Positions 12,763 to 25,479 of a DNA stretch of 64,000 nt are shown piece by piece. Source of the DNA: Squalus acanthias (lineage: Eukaryota); assembly GCA_030390025.1 (NCBI GenBank), contig CM059431.1:159590001-159654000 (forward strand). The letters run 5' to 3'. Each line of letters opens with the position of its first letter. Position 1 is the stretch's first letter. The translations under genes were made by a program, and so were the position numbers. The notes below the pieces were generated by a model. It had not been told where the DNA came from. It saw only the letters and a list, made by a program, of their open reading frames with translations, and made no database searches.

Positions 12763-13911
12763 ATGAGTGCAAATCCCACTGTGGCAGTTTGAGAATTTGA
12801 ATTCAATGTAAAGAAATCTGGAACTCAAAATCTGGTGCCACTAAAAATGTCGATTATGCTGCAAACCCAATTGGTCTACGAACGCATTTTAGGGAAGGAA
12901 ACCAACCGTCCTTACCCAGTCTGGGTTATATGTGACTCCAGTCTCACACCGACTGGTTTAATCTCAGTTGTCTTCTGAAGTGGCCCAGCAAGCCATTCAA
13001 TTGTAAAGTGATAGAGAATACATTTCGGCCTTGACAGGGACTTTCAAATCCCGAGAATGAATCAAAATGGCGAGGTCTGCAGGCTCTTGACGCACCTGAC
13101 CGTTTGTGCCGGTGGTGGTAATTTACAGACATGCGCATCTCTCCAGTGACGGTGGCGCAAAGCCGGCGGTATCGGATCAGCTGCCCTTTATTCGCAGCGC
13201 CTCATATTCAGCTCTATTGCAGTCAATGGAACTGAATATCAGGAGCTGCGTATAACGGGCGGCCGATTCGATACCGCCCGTTTTTCGCCACCGCCCGAGA
13301 CGAATTTCTAGGCCAAAATGCCAAGCAGTGCACACGGATATTCCTCTGACTGTTAGGCCACTGACTGTTAGACTGCTCCCCGAGAGAGGATTCTTGGAAT
13401 ATTGGCACAAATCTTCCGATTCCAAGGTAAAGAGACTTGCTTAGATAGATGATCATCGTTTTTGGCTGGGTATAAAGCAACATCTGCGATGAACACAAAG
13501 TGCCCGTGCTTCTACTTAAATTAATGAATGGATATTGGACAGGCTGATTTACAACCTTTTGTATCCATCTATATTTGGTGTGTTTGTTTGTTTGTGTCTG
13601 TGTGTTTTATTTTTATATGTTTTATCTATTATCTTCAATAAGTCGCACGGTATTTTAAACGTAAATGGAGGTGTGCCGTTGTGAGGATTTTCTGATTGTA
13701 AAAACTGGAGTGATGCCTGTGAATGAGCAGGTTAATTCCAGAGCTAACACAATTATCAGAAAGCTGTTGTTAGTCATTATCCTGGGTTCATTAGCGACAT
13801 AGCAAGGACAATTAAGAACAGCTCAACTTCACTGTAAGGCGGGACTTTCCTATGAGAAAAATAAAGAAATAAAGAATAGAAAAATTATTTAAAGTAATGC
13901 CAACGTGGTAT

Positions 13912-14990
13912 ATCATAGAATCATAGCGCACAAAAGGAGGCCATTCGGCCCATCGTGCCTGTGCCGAAGAGCTATCAAATTAGTCCCACTCCCCTGCTCT
14001 TTCTACACAGCCCAACAACTTTTTTTCTTTTTCATCTATATATTCAAAATCTCTTTTAATATAAGAACATAAGAAATAGGAGCAGGAGTAGGCCATATGG
14101 CCCCTCGAGCCTGCTCCGACAATCAATAAGGTCTTGGCTGAACATCGACCTCAACTCCACTTTCCCGCCCGATCACCATATCCATTGATTCCCCTAGCGT
14201 CCAAAAATCAATCTATCTCAGCCTTGAATATACTCAAAGACTCAGCATTCGCAGCCCTCTGGGGCAGAGAATTCCAAAGATTCCCAACCATCTGAGTGAA
14301 GAAATTCCTCCTCATCTCAGTCTTAAATGGCCGACCCCTTATCCTGAGACTATGCCCCCTAGTTCTAGACACTCCAGCCAGGGGAAACAATCTCCTTTAA
14401 AAGTTACTATTGAATCTGCCGCCATCAACCCGACAAGCAGTGCATTCCAAATCATAACAACCCGCTGCCGAAAAAAAATCTCATCTCCCCTTGGCGTCTT
14501 AAATATGTGTCCTCTGGTCACAGACCCTTCTGCCAATGTAAACAGTGCCCCATTATTTACTCTATAAAAACCCATCAGAATTTTGTACTCCTCTATTAAA
14601 CCACTCCCAAAAATATCTGCTCTAATAAGAACAATCTCAGCTTCTCCAGTCTCTCTACATAACTTACTTCCCTCATCCTCGGTACCATTCTCGCATATCC
14701 GCCCCCACCCCGCTTTCCCTGCACCCTCTCCAATGCTTTGCATCCATCCTGGAATGTGCTGCCCAGAATTGGACACAAAACTCCATCTGAGATCTAACCA
14801 GTGTTTTACAAATGTTTACCATTATTTCGTTACTTTTGTACCCTATGTCTCTATTATGAAGCCAAGGCTCCCGTATGCGTTTTTTAACAGCCTTAATTAC
14901 TATTCCTGCCACCTTCAAAGATGTGTGCATGTGAATCCCCAGGTTTCTCTGCCCCTGCACCCCTTTATTGTACCCTTTAATTTATATGTA
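13912..14990 (-). mobile_element. CR1 3' portion with a nested CR1 tail (14060-14390)
   Basis: TRGHSLRIRGRPFKTEMRRNFFTQ and RSQMEFCVQFW motifs; two separate tail microsatellites. Confidence 0.9.
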
Positions 14991-16169
14991 TTTGTGCTGA
15001 TCAAGGTGAGGGGTCACAGCGCTCCGGACTGAAATACGTTCGATTTCAGGCATTGAATGGTATACATTTCTCTTGGAGGGTCGCACAAAGCCGGTCCTCG
15101 CGAATCGGCGGTTATTTTACACTCCGTCTGCTTTTCGCTTCAGAACGTCAATGGAAAACACAATCGGACGAAGTGCAAAACGGGCTGCCGATTGGCTAGC
15201 AGCCCTTTTACCCTTCAGCCCAAAACGATTATGTGTCCCTCCGGGTCAGCATATCATGGATCAGGTAGAACACAACCAAGATGCGACGTAACCAAACTTG
15301 AACTGTACACCAAGTTTAGCTTGTCTATTATCGTAATGCACATATCAACTAATCGAATGAACAGATTAATGCTTCTGGGAAAACAGTATCCGGAGGAATT
15401 TTGCAGAGGATGCACGAAGTTTTGACGCATTTACAATGCAATCAGTAACTTACGAAATTAGATAAGCGTTAGGATGTATTTTAGCAGATCGCTGGTGGTG
15501 TTGCTCCAGGCCATGGGGTGGGACAGCTGTTTTAAGACAACGGAGTTCTTGTCAGCAAAGTGTGAAGGGGGAAATGGGTCGCGAAAAGTGTTACAGGAAA
15601 TAGGTGGAATTGCAGGATGTGCAAGCAATATGCAAGACCTGACTATATGATAACACGGATTTGCACGAATCCACGAAATGCATTTTCAGGATAATTAATA
15701 ACATTCTGAAATAACTTATGTCTATGTGTCTATTCGTTGGGAGGCAATGATGCAGCAGATTATCGGGTAGCTTTTATGCTGGTTAAATTTCGTCCAAACT
15801 GGTTGAGTTCTAGTACAATTTTACCTGACATGTGACTTACAGCCTGCAACAGATTTGCTTATCTCAACTCATTTCCATAATCACAACTCAGTTTATGTTT
15901 TAGATTGGTTCAGGTAGATATCCTGAAGGAAAGCCAGAAATCAAGGCCAAATTGGAAATGGGCGGGGGCACAAAACAGCTGGAATCGCATTTTCCTCCCG
16001 TTGTACGTCACGCCCTATATTCAGTTCCATTGAAGTCAATGTATAACGGGCGACTGGTGTGATTCGAACCGTTTTCCGCACTCGCCCATGTTCAATTTCA
16101 ACCCTTCACTTTTTCAAGGATATAATTCAATGAAAGATAATGGATGTTTCCAGAACTGGATAAAAATAC

Positions 16170-17889
16170 CTGAGCTTTTTGCATTTGTGTAGCACTGGTA
16201 GAAGCTTCTGGACGTGTTCAGTTTCAATTCCACAGTAAACTATGTTCAGTTCCTCGATGATCTCACAGGGTTCCAGGACAGTCGCCAGAACTCTGCAGTC
16301 CATCATGTTCAGTGTAACACCGCTAAATTCAGATTTCTTCATTGATCCAAGTAGCTCCCGCATGAGCTGCGTGTCCTGAGATTCATACAGGAGATAGAAT
16401 GTGTTCAGGAGTGTTCTTTTGTTCTCCGCACTGTGCACGTTTTTGAAATCTTCTTCCAGCTTCGCCCTCAGCCAACCCTTGATCTGTTTGGCAGAACTTT
16501 CAGGAAAGGAACCCAAATCATCCCGGAGCTTCTGGGCTGTAGAAGGCGAGGAGAGCCCAATGAGGAAACGCAGAAATATCTCAAACCGACCATCTCTGTA
16601 ACTGTAGGCGTTATTCAGAATGTCTTTTATACCTTGTGGAGGTGAGATCAGAAGGACGGCGAGAGCCGCGAGAAACTCTTGGATGGTGAGGTGAGGGAAG
16701 GTGTGGACAACAGCCTTGGTAGAGGAATCCTCCTCAAGGATTTCCATCATAAAACCAGAGGTGAACTGTGAAGGCTGGAGACCGTGGCGACTGAAATCAT
16801 TATCATAAAATATCAGTTTTCTCTTGCACACTCCTTCATAAGCCATCGCTCCAATCTTCAGTAAAAGTTCACGTCGGTCCTCTCTATCGCACCCCCACCG
16901 TTTTAAAAGACCAGCGATGTAGTTTGAAAACAGATCGGAGACTGTTTCAGGCAGTGATATCTCGTTTGCTTTACGCTGTTCAAAAAGAGGTCCGAGTGTA
17001 GAACAGATGATGCTACAGTAGCAAGGATTAAAGCACAGGGTGTACAGGATGTCATTCTGCTCTACGTAAGCAAATACTTCAGCAGCAAATTCTTCGTTTT
17101 GAAAAAATTTCTTAAAATATTCTCTTCTTTCTTCTTTAAAGAACCCCAAGATCTCCGCCCAGAGACTGACCCCAGCTTGATCCAGTGATTCCAGGGCAGT
17201 GGGTCGGCTCGTGATCAGCACTGAACAGCCCTTCAGCACTTTCCCCTGGACCAGGCACCGGACAATATCCGACACTTCACACCGACACTCGGGATCGAAA
17301 CAGTGATACTCAGTGGCCGTGTTTCTTTTCTGATCACTGAAATCAATCTTCTCATTAAATTCATCCAAACCATCGAATATTATCAATATATTATTTGGTT
17401 CTTCCCAAACCTTCTGAAGGTACTTCTGAAAATAAGGATATGAATCCAGAACCATTTGGTTCAGACTTGTCCTGTTTTCTATAGTATTGAAGTCCCGAAA
17501 TTTGAAAAGAAAGACAAAGTTGAACTGTTGATAGATTTTGCCTGCGGCCCAGTTATGGACAATCTTTCGCACCATGGTGGTTTTACCGATTCCCGCCACT
17601 CCTGTTACTACCGAGGTTCCAGACAGACTCGTTCGGCTGAAACTGCTTCTGAATAATTGATCGATCTGAACTTTCTCCAGTAATTGTTTAACGTTCAGCT
17701 TTTGCCACTTTTCGTGTTCTTGGCCTCTAGACAGCAGTTCGTGTTCTACAAGTGACCGTTGACGAGGAGAAGAAATAATTTGTAAATCTGTGTACTTGTC
17801 AAGTGAAACCATCTCTTCCTTTCTACCTTTGTTCTCAATCGGCTTCTCACATTGTTTGCAGAGAGCTTCTTTGTGTTGATTGTGAATCT
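16170..17889 (-). CDS. NLR gene, large NACHT exon (FISNA-like segment, NACHT NTPase, winged helix, HD2 and start of LRR region)
   Basis: Uninterrupted ORF with Walker A GVAGIGKT, Walker B ILIIFDGLDE, sensor-1 LITSR, CFNPCYC and winged-helix FPHLTIQEFLAA. Acceptor tttcaag| at 17890 and donor AG|gtattt at 16169; 1720 nt, phase 1 to 2. Extends upstream of the listed ATG as EIHNQHKEALCKQCEK. Confidence 0.96.
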
Positions 17890-19039
17890 CTTGAAAACGA
17901 ACATCCCCAAAACAAGAAAAAAAAGTTTAAATACATTACAAAAATATTTGACATAAGATATTCAAAGGAATATTCAAATTTGCGTATAATACATGATTTC
18001 AAGCACATTTTTGTCCTAATGCTGCCGGCCGGCTCCACCGACAGATCTCCTCTCCATCTCTCTCAACCTTCATTCTTCATGAGTTCATCTGGGTGACTGT
18101 CAGATGACTAATATATCGTGGGAGGGAGGGGTTTCACAGCGGCATCTCAATCTTTCCAGTAGGGGACAGGGGATAGAAGTCGGAGCTGGGAATCTGGTGA
18201 CTTTCTCTTCCTTGAAGCTGAGTTGCCGAGAACAATTTTTGTATTTCTAATGCCAACAAGCTTAGTTCCTATAGATCAATTGCCACTCAATGCATATTTC
18301 CTCAAACATCTCTCCAATTATTCGCTATGTATGTTCACACAATTAAAGTAATGGGCTCACTAGCTGTCCATTCCATATGAGTACACTGTTTAACCTTAAG
18401 CTGAAACTCTTCTCCCTGTACTAGATTTATAGCACCCTCTAAAATGTTCTTCAAGTCTAATTGATCCGTAGCTTAAGCATCTTATGTTGTTAAATAATTC
18501 CAACTCAGTCTTCACTGCCCCAAACGCACAACTACCCTTTAATTTTCCTGGTTCAGCCAATTATCCATCCGCCTCAGAAGTGTAGTTCCTTTTTCCATGT
18601 CTACCGACCCTTTATATTAATCGTTTTATATTCTTATAGATCCACCTGCTACCTAAAGTTATTTTTCACATTAGGGAGCAATGTCTCTTTTGGCCCAAAT
18701 ACCCTGCTTTACTTCCATCTTATATTCCCTTTGTTACTGTTGTCCCCATGTTCTGTAGATTGTATACAGTATGCCAGTGTGTATTGCCTTAAAAGTGCAG
18801 ACAAGTCTTAACCATCGTCTTCTCAAAATGTGCGTTTATCAAGCTGAATATTTCTATTGCACTTACTATCTTTTCTATTGTAATCATAACTTTAAAATCT
18901 ATTATATTGAGCCCACTATTGCCACGTTGTTCGCAGACTCTGATATTCTTGACCATCTGCTGATTGTTGATTGATATCAGATCCTGAATGGCAGGCCCCT
19001 TGAAAAGATTGCTGTAGATAGCAATTTAATATTTCAGGC

Positions 19040-20480
19040 AAAGGAAGTAGGTGAGCACTTTGCAGATGCCCTAACTATCATCTTTTAAATTTCTCTCAAT
19101 TAATGAACGTTTCCTTTTGATTCGGAAATTGCACGTCACTCCGCTATTTAAGAAAGGTGAGAGAGATAAAAACCACCGAATTACAGACCAATTAGTCTGG
19201 CATCTGTTGTCGGGAGATTACTTGAGTCTATAACTAAGGATAGAGTGACTGAACAACTTGAAATTTTTTAGCTGATCAGAGAGAGCCAGCATGGATTTGT
19301 AAAGGGTATTTCATGTCTGACGAACCTGATTGCATGTTTTGAAGTGTTGACTAAAGAAGTGGACAGTGGAATGTCTGTGGATGTTATTTATATGGACTTC
19401 CAGAAGGTATTTGATAAAATCCCGCATAAGAGATTGTTAGCTAAAGTTGAAGCTCATGGAATTGAAGACAATTTATTGACATGGCTAGTATATTGGCTGA
19501 GCGGCAGGAGATGGAGAGAAGGAGAAATGTGCAGGTACTCTAATTGGCAGGATGTGACTAGTGGTGTCCCACAGGGATCTGTGTTGGTGCCTCAACTATT
19601 CACTGTATTTATCAATGAATTACATGATGGGATAGGGAGCCACGTTTGCTGATAACACAAAGATGTGCAGCCTTGTAAGCAGTGTAGATGGAAGCATAAA
19701 ATTACAAAGCGATATTAATAGATTAAGTGAATGGGCAAAGCTGTGGCAAATGCATTTCAACATAAGAAAGTGTGAGGTCATCCACTTTGGACCAAAAATG
19801 TTAGGTCCGAGTACTTCCTAAACGGTATAAAGCTAAAAGCAGTCGAAGTCCAAAGATACTTAGGGTTTCATGCATATAGATCGTTAAAATGTCATGGACA
19901 GGTACAGAAACTAATCGAATAGGCTAATGGAATGCTGCGCTTTATATTTAGAGGTCTAGAATACAAAGGGGTAGCAGTTATGCTGCAGCTATACAAAGCC
20001 TTGGTTAGACCACACCTGAAGTACTGTGTTCGGTTCTGGGCACCACACTTTAGGAAGGAGATATTGGCCTTGGAGGGAGTGCAACGTGGATTTACCAGAA
20101 TGATACCTGGACTCCAAGGGTTCAATTACGAGCAGAGACTACAACAATTAGGGTTGTATTCCCTGGGATTTAAAAGTTTTTAAGGGGTGATTTGATGTAA
20201 GTTTTCAAGATATTAAGGGGAACTGATAGGGTAGATAGAGAGGAACTATTTCCGCTGGTTTGGGATTCTAGGACTAGGGGGCATAGTCTAAAAATTAGAG
20301 CCAGGCCTTTCAGGAGTGAAATTAGGAAGGACTTTTACACGCAAAGGATGGTAGATAATTGGATCTCTCTTCTGGGAATTGCAATTGATGCTTGGTGTAT
20401 GTTAATTTTAAATATGCGATTGATAGATTTTTATTTTAACCAAAAGTGATTAAGTGATATGGAGCAAAGACCCGTATCTG
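19040..20480 (+). mobile_element. CR1 LINE RT fragment in an NLR intron
   Basis: VDVIYMDFQKVFDKIPH, SGVPQGSVL and RPHLKYCVRFW, broken by stops. Confidence 0.95.
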
Positions 20481-20727
20481 ACTTGCAGATCTCTCTACCA
20501 GTGTGTGAGCTGCAGCATGAAATACAGCTTCTCTATATTTTTCTACCTGATTCTTTCTTTATGCATTCGTTTATTTTTTTTTAAATAGCTAGCATGACGC
20601 ATCCTGCACGCATCACTAGTGTAGCCGAAGTTCGAAGGTATTCCATATTTAATTACTAATAATTGGATCTTATATTTACAAAGTCATCAGAGAATCATTG
20701 ACTGAGCCTGCGCTGTTCAGAAGCAAT

Positions 20728-21450
20728 GGCCTGGAATTTGCGGTCATCTGGAATTTCTTTCAGTAATTCTGTCAGCTTTGGCTTCGGACTCTGCATTTCC
20801 ATAAATATTGCCCACATTGCTCTCGCAATCGCTGCGGCGAGAGGTTTGCATTTTTCGACGTTCAAGTGATTTCAGCGCACTGTACTGGGAATCCCTCGTG
20901 CGATGCTCATGTGACGTCAACAAGCTGTCTAAGCAGCCAATCACATTGCAAAATTCTCATAGACAGGAATCCAGGAAATGAGAAGTTGGTTTTATCTGGA
21001 CTTTTAAAAAAGGTTGAAGAGAGCGAAACAAAGCTTAGGGCTCTCACATGGGGATGAGGTCGAACCTGCAATATCAGAAACAAGCTTTAAAACAAATTAA
21101 AGTTGTTTAAAAACTGTATTTTCTATCATAATGGAGAAATTTGACACTCCATATAATTAAAATTAGTTTTGCTGGGCCATAACGTTTGTTTACGCGTCAA
21201 TATGCTACTAAAACCCCAGTTACATCTAGTCCAAAATGCCTAACATTTAATGGTGTATTTAACAGCGATATTAGTGCGGAAAAAACCAAATTTTCGTCAG
21301 TTTCACTGATTTCACTGAATGCTAGCTATGGGTAGGGGTGGGTGGTCCACAGCGCAGCCACAGAGCAATGAATGACTGACCACAACTTTTCCACATTTAG
21401 ATACGCATGCGCTAAATCCTGAAGTTGCCGTCAGTTTCAGAGGGGTAATA
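20728..21450. mobile_element. Second GGCC-terminated MITE family, degenerate
   Basis: Starts aatGGCCTGGAATTTGCGG; similar GC-arm/AT-core layout. Confidence 0.5.
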
Positions 21451-21524
21451 TCGCTTTGGGACTTCGTGTGCTAGTAACTGAAGAGCGATTCAATAGATTA
21501 TCAAATGTTTAAAACACCACGTAC

Positions 21525-21590
21525 CTTCCAAATAATGCGGCACTTTTGATTCAATTTGGCTCCAGCTTGCTTCTTTTAGTAAATTGCAAC
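21525..21590 (-). CDS. NLR gene, 66-nt linker exon
   Basis: ctcaatag|GT TGC...GAA G|gtacgt encodes GCNLLKEASWSQIESKVPHYLE. Symmetric phase 1-1, open frame, joins the CARD-like exons to the NACHT exon. Not in the ORF track. Confidence 0.8.
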
Positions 21591-21700
21591 CTATTGAGAA
21601 ATGTGCGATTCCTATTTACTATCAATGTAATAGTGCATAAAGTATTAAGGGAAACAGATATTTTAATACTGAACTGCAGTGAAATTGGGCCGCCTAATAC

Positions 21701-21872
21701 CTTTTTCTTGTATTTCTTTCAGTATTCCTCTCAGCTTTGGCTTCGTACACTGCATCTTCACAAATATTTCCCACATTGCTCTGGCTGCTTTAGCTCCGCT
21801 TTCGATGACTGTATTGAAAAGGAAATTGGAAGCTTCGTTTCTACGTTCTGTTCCCACTAGCTCCCGGAGGTG
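21701..21872 (-). CDS. NLR gene exon, second half of CARD-like domain
   Basis: Encodes HLRELVGTERRNEASNFLFNTVIESGAKAARAMWEIFVKM...KEIQEK. Acceptor tttccag| and donor AAG|gtatta; 172 nt, phase 0 to 1. Confidence 0.88.
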
Positions 21873-21997
21873 CTGGAAATACAATGCAAACAATTTCAAC
21901 CCAATTTCTTGCACTGTTTTATATCAATCGTGCATAACACTTGTAAGACAAATATATCCAGTTCAATTGATTTGGACGCGGGAATCAGAAGTACATT

Positions 21998-22753
21998 GGC
22001 CCAGAAATTCGGGTCGGAGGCTTCCTGCGGGTACAAGCATAGCGGGTGCACTTACATAGCGCGCCTGCCGTTGTGCTGTGGGCCCGCATGGGATTCCGAT
22101 CCTGGGCCTCCTCCAGCTGCCGGTGTGCAGTGCTCGCGTATCCTAGCGGAAGAGCCAGTTCGCAGCATCCCCTGGGATCACGTGGGCCATAGGGAGCCAA
22201 TCGGAGCAGTGAATCTCCATTCATAAATTTGACAGGAAGACCTGTCAAATCTATGAATAGAGATCGGCCCCAATACCGAAGCAAAACTTCAAATAAATTT
22301 TAAAAAATCATCACATTTTTAAAATAACTATAAATTACATAAATTAACTACTTTAAACAAAAATTTAAATTTTTGAAATAATGTATTAATGTTTTTAACT
22401 GGGCTAAAAATAAACTTACCTTTCTTTAAAAATGATAAACCAGTGGAAAAAATATTTCAATTTTACTTAATTCACCTCTTACCTTGTTAAAAGCAGGCAT
22501 AGCGCCTGCTTTTTCCATGCGCAGCAGCTAGGAACTTACCCGCATGGAGAAACCTGTAAAAAAAACAGCACGTTCGATGCGTACACGCTGCCTCTCTCCT
22601 GCCTCTCTCGTGCACGCGGTTGACCTGCGAACCCCTTCCTTCTAGAAACCGGAAGTTCCGGTTTCCAGTGCATGCGCGAAACTGGCACTTCCGGTGGCCC
22701 GATAGGTGAGTACACAGCGCGTGCACACCCGTGGGGACCCGAATTTCTGGGCC
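21998..22753 (-). mobile_element. Harbinger-type MITE, full length; a second truncated copy follows at 22757-23390
   Basis: Perfect 18-bp TIR GGCCCAGAAATTCGGGTC. The next copy begins after only AAT. Confidence 0.88.
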
Positions 22754-23969
22754 AATGGTCCTGAAATTGAGGTCGGGGGCTTCCATGGGCGAATGCCTCA
22801 GAACCGTGAGAAAACTCCGCACCTACCTGGTACCTCCAAATCCTCAGACGCTTGTGGTCCTGTGCCTGCAGGCGTGCACCTGCTTAGAGGCCCACGTATC
22901 CCCGGGGCGCGTGTGGTTCCCACGCATCCCTGGGATCACGTGGGCCGGCCCAAACAACCACAAAAGGGGATTCCCATTATGCTTTTGGGAATTCCATTTA
23001 CAGATGGAATTCCCTTAAACATAATAGAAATCACCCAAAAATACATTTCACACAACCTAAATAAAAATAAATCATCACATGTTTAAAATTAATTAAAATA
23101 CAATTTAATTAACCATTTAAAACAAAAATGTAATTTTTTGAAATATAAGTTGAAACATTTTTAAAGCGACCAAAAATAACCTAAACCAATTTTAAAGGTT
23201 TTTGAATGTTTAAATGATTTTGTTACAAAAATATATTTCTTTATAATCTTACGCCTGCTTTTACCAGGTGAAAGAGTTTCTTGTTCATTTGCTGGGCAGT
23301 AGTTGGGCAAATAGTTCAACCCTGCGCCAGCGAATGTCCATTTCTTGCGCATGCGGACGGTCGTCAACCTGAAGTCTGAAGTACAATGCAAACTGGTAAA
23401 AATTAGACGATCATATTAAATTAGGAATTAAAGTCGAGATGGATGAGGCATTAATTGAACGAAGAAAAGCACGTTGGAAAAACATTCAGCTGGGTAGATT
23501 TATGGCAGGTGAAGTTCAATGAACCTGTTTATATTGAATTACATAGAATCTACGGCACGCAAACAGGCCATCCGGCCCAGTTGCTCCATGCCGATGGTTA
23601 TGCTCCACACGAGCTTCCTCCCACCCGAGTTCATCTGAACCTATCAGCCTATCTTTCTGTTCCTTTCTCCCTCATCTAGCTGCCCGTTAAATGCACCTAC
23701 TCTATTCGCCTCCACTACCCTGTGTGGTAGTAAGTTACACATTCTATGGAGAAAAGAGTCCCAACCTGTAGCGAGATTGACAAATTGACAATACTCAATG
23801 AGCGGCATGTAACTGGCATGAGGAGAGGCTGAACGATCTGGGAGTCGTAAAAGTCTCAACACTTGCACAGGTAGATGTGCAGCACCCAGGATGGAATCGT
23901 ACCACGTGGTAACACATATCAAGAACCTTGCATTCCCAGTAAGTAATTGTCCAACAATAATGGTGTCAG

Positions 23970-24395
23970 GGGTACGGTAGCATAGTGGTTATGTTACTGG
24001 ACTAGTAAGCCAAAGGCTTGGACTGATGATGTGGAGACCTCAATTCAAATGTCCACCATGGCAGCTGAGGAATTTAAATTCAGTTAATTAAATTAATCTG
24101 GGATAAAAAGCAAGTTTCATGAAACTACCGCATTGTCGCAAAAGCCCACCTGGTTCACAAATTTCCTTTAGGAAAGGAGATTTGTTTGGTCTGGTCTATG
24201 TGTGACTCCAAACCCACAGCAAGTTGGATGACTCTTATCTGCACTCTGAAATGGACTAGCAAGCCACTCAGTCGTGCCAAACCGCATCAAAGAAGCATCA
24301 TGGGCTGCAGCGGTTCAACCACCTTCCCAAGGGCATTTCGGGATGGGCAATAAATGGTGGCCTTGCCAGCGACAACCACATCCCGTGACTGATTT
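23970..24395 (+). mobile_element. tRNA-headed SINE; related copies or tails at 12765-12990, 29755-30020 (-), 35310-35620 and 49195-49580
   Basis: Head tagcatagtggtta...ttcaaat; shared core cctttaggaaagga...gtgactcca and tail gggatgggcaataaatg. Confidence 0.7.
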
Positions 24396-25309
24396 TTTTT
24401 TTAATTGCCAACATGCAAAATGGCCTGGAGTATGAATGTCAAAAATCGATCTGCCATGATGATGAGATATTGCTTAACAGCCATCATAAAAGCAAATATC
24501 ATGGTAAGTTATTTTTGGCAAATCACTCGATAATAATTCTTAGTCTGCCCCCGCGTACCCAGAGAGGCCCAGGATCTCAAGCCTCCGTACCTCCTGGGCC
24601 ACCTGGTAAATCCGTAGACATTTTACAGGTCGCGGGAAGCCTCTGATTGCAAATGTTGGGCCAATGTATCGAATGATGGATTGTTCAGAGGCCATTAGAT
24701 GTGGAAACTTGGAACGATTGGTATATGTGGAAGGCTTCACTAGACGCGCAGACTAGCCTCCTCATATGAATGTTCGTTATATTCCAGTGGGTTATATTCT
24801 AAGGAAAACAGTCACGTGTCTTGAGTGTTGATTGTTCGTTTGATTACATTTTTAGAAATAAATTTCAACCGGAGAAGATGATATTCTTTGAAATTGCTGT
24901 GAAAATCTATCCAGTGTCTTACTTCAGTATTTTATAGATAATTGCATCTCAAATAAGTTCAGGTTACAGTAAGTGTCACAGCATATCAGGGAATTATAAT
25001 AAATCTTCACGTAAAAAGTTGACTCGAGCATTACTGGAAAGTGCTATTATTATAAAATTCTATTCATTGTGAAAGAAAAGATCACGGCCTTTCCTAAACA
25101 TGCAATACTGCAGAAGATTGGATTAACCCGAACATGCATTTTCTGTTAAATAATTAATTCTCAGATTACATCAGTTTTGTTCAGCAAGGAACAATTTCAG
25201 TGCACCCCAAATCACGGAAGTAAATTGTAAAATAACCATTGACACTTGAATTTTATTTTACGGTACAGTTTTAAATCGTGAAATATTCCCTCCTGCGATT
25301 CCAACCTAC

Positions 25310-25479
25310 CTGATATGCTTGACTATTAATCAGGTTTTCCTCCAGTAACGCCAAACCAACACCATCAACAAATTCTTCAATAGCGTCTTCCAATCTCTGA
25401 CGGTAGAATACTGTGATTTTACGGAGATCAATGTCCCTGAAACTTGTCAGAAGTTCCTGCATTTGAGCCTCAGCGTCTA
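25310..25479 (-). CDS. NLR gene exon, first half of CARD-like death-fold domain
   Basis: Encodes VDAEAQMQELL...FYRQRLEDAIEEFVDGVGLALLEENLINSQAYQ. Acceptor cgacag|tag and donor CAG|gtaggt; 170 nt, phase 1 to 0. Confidence 0.85.

Noticed and set aside
13320..15560. Additional LRR exons between the NACHT exon and 10538
   Set aside because: I found no LxxLxLxxNxL-type frame with splice sites by eye, and the NACHT exon joins 10538 naturally (CKKLSLNDNNL). A small exon could still have been missed.
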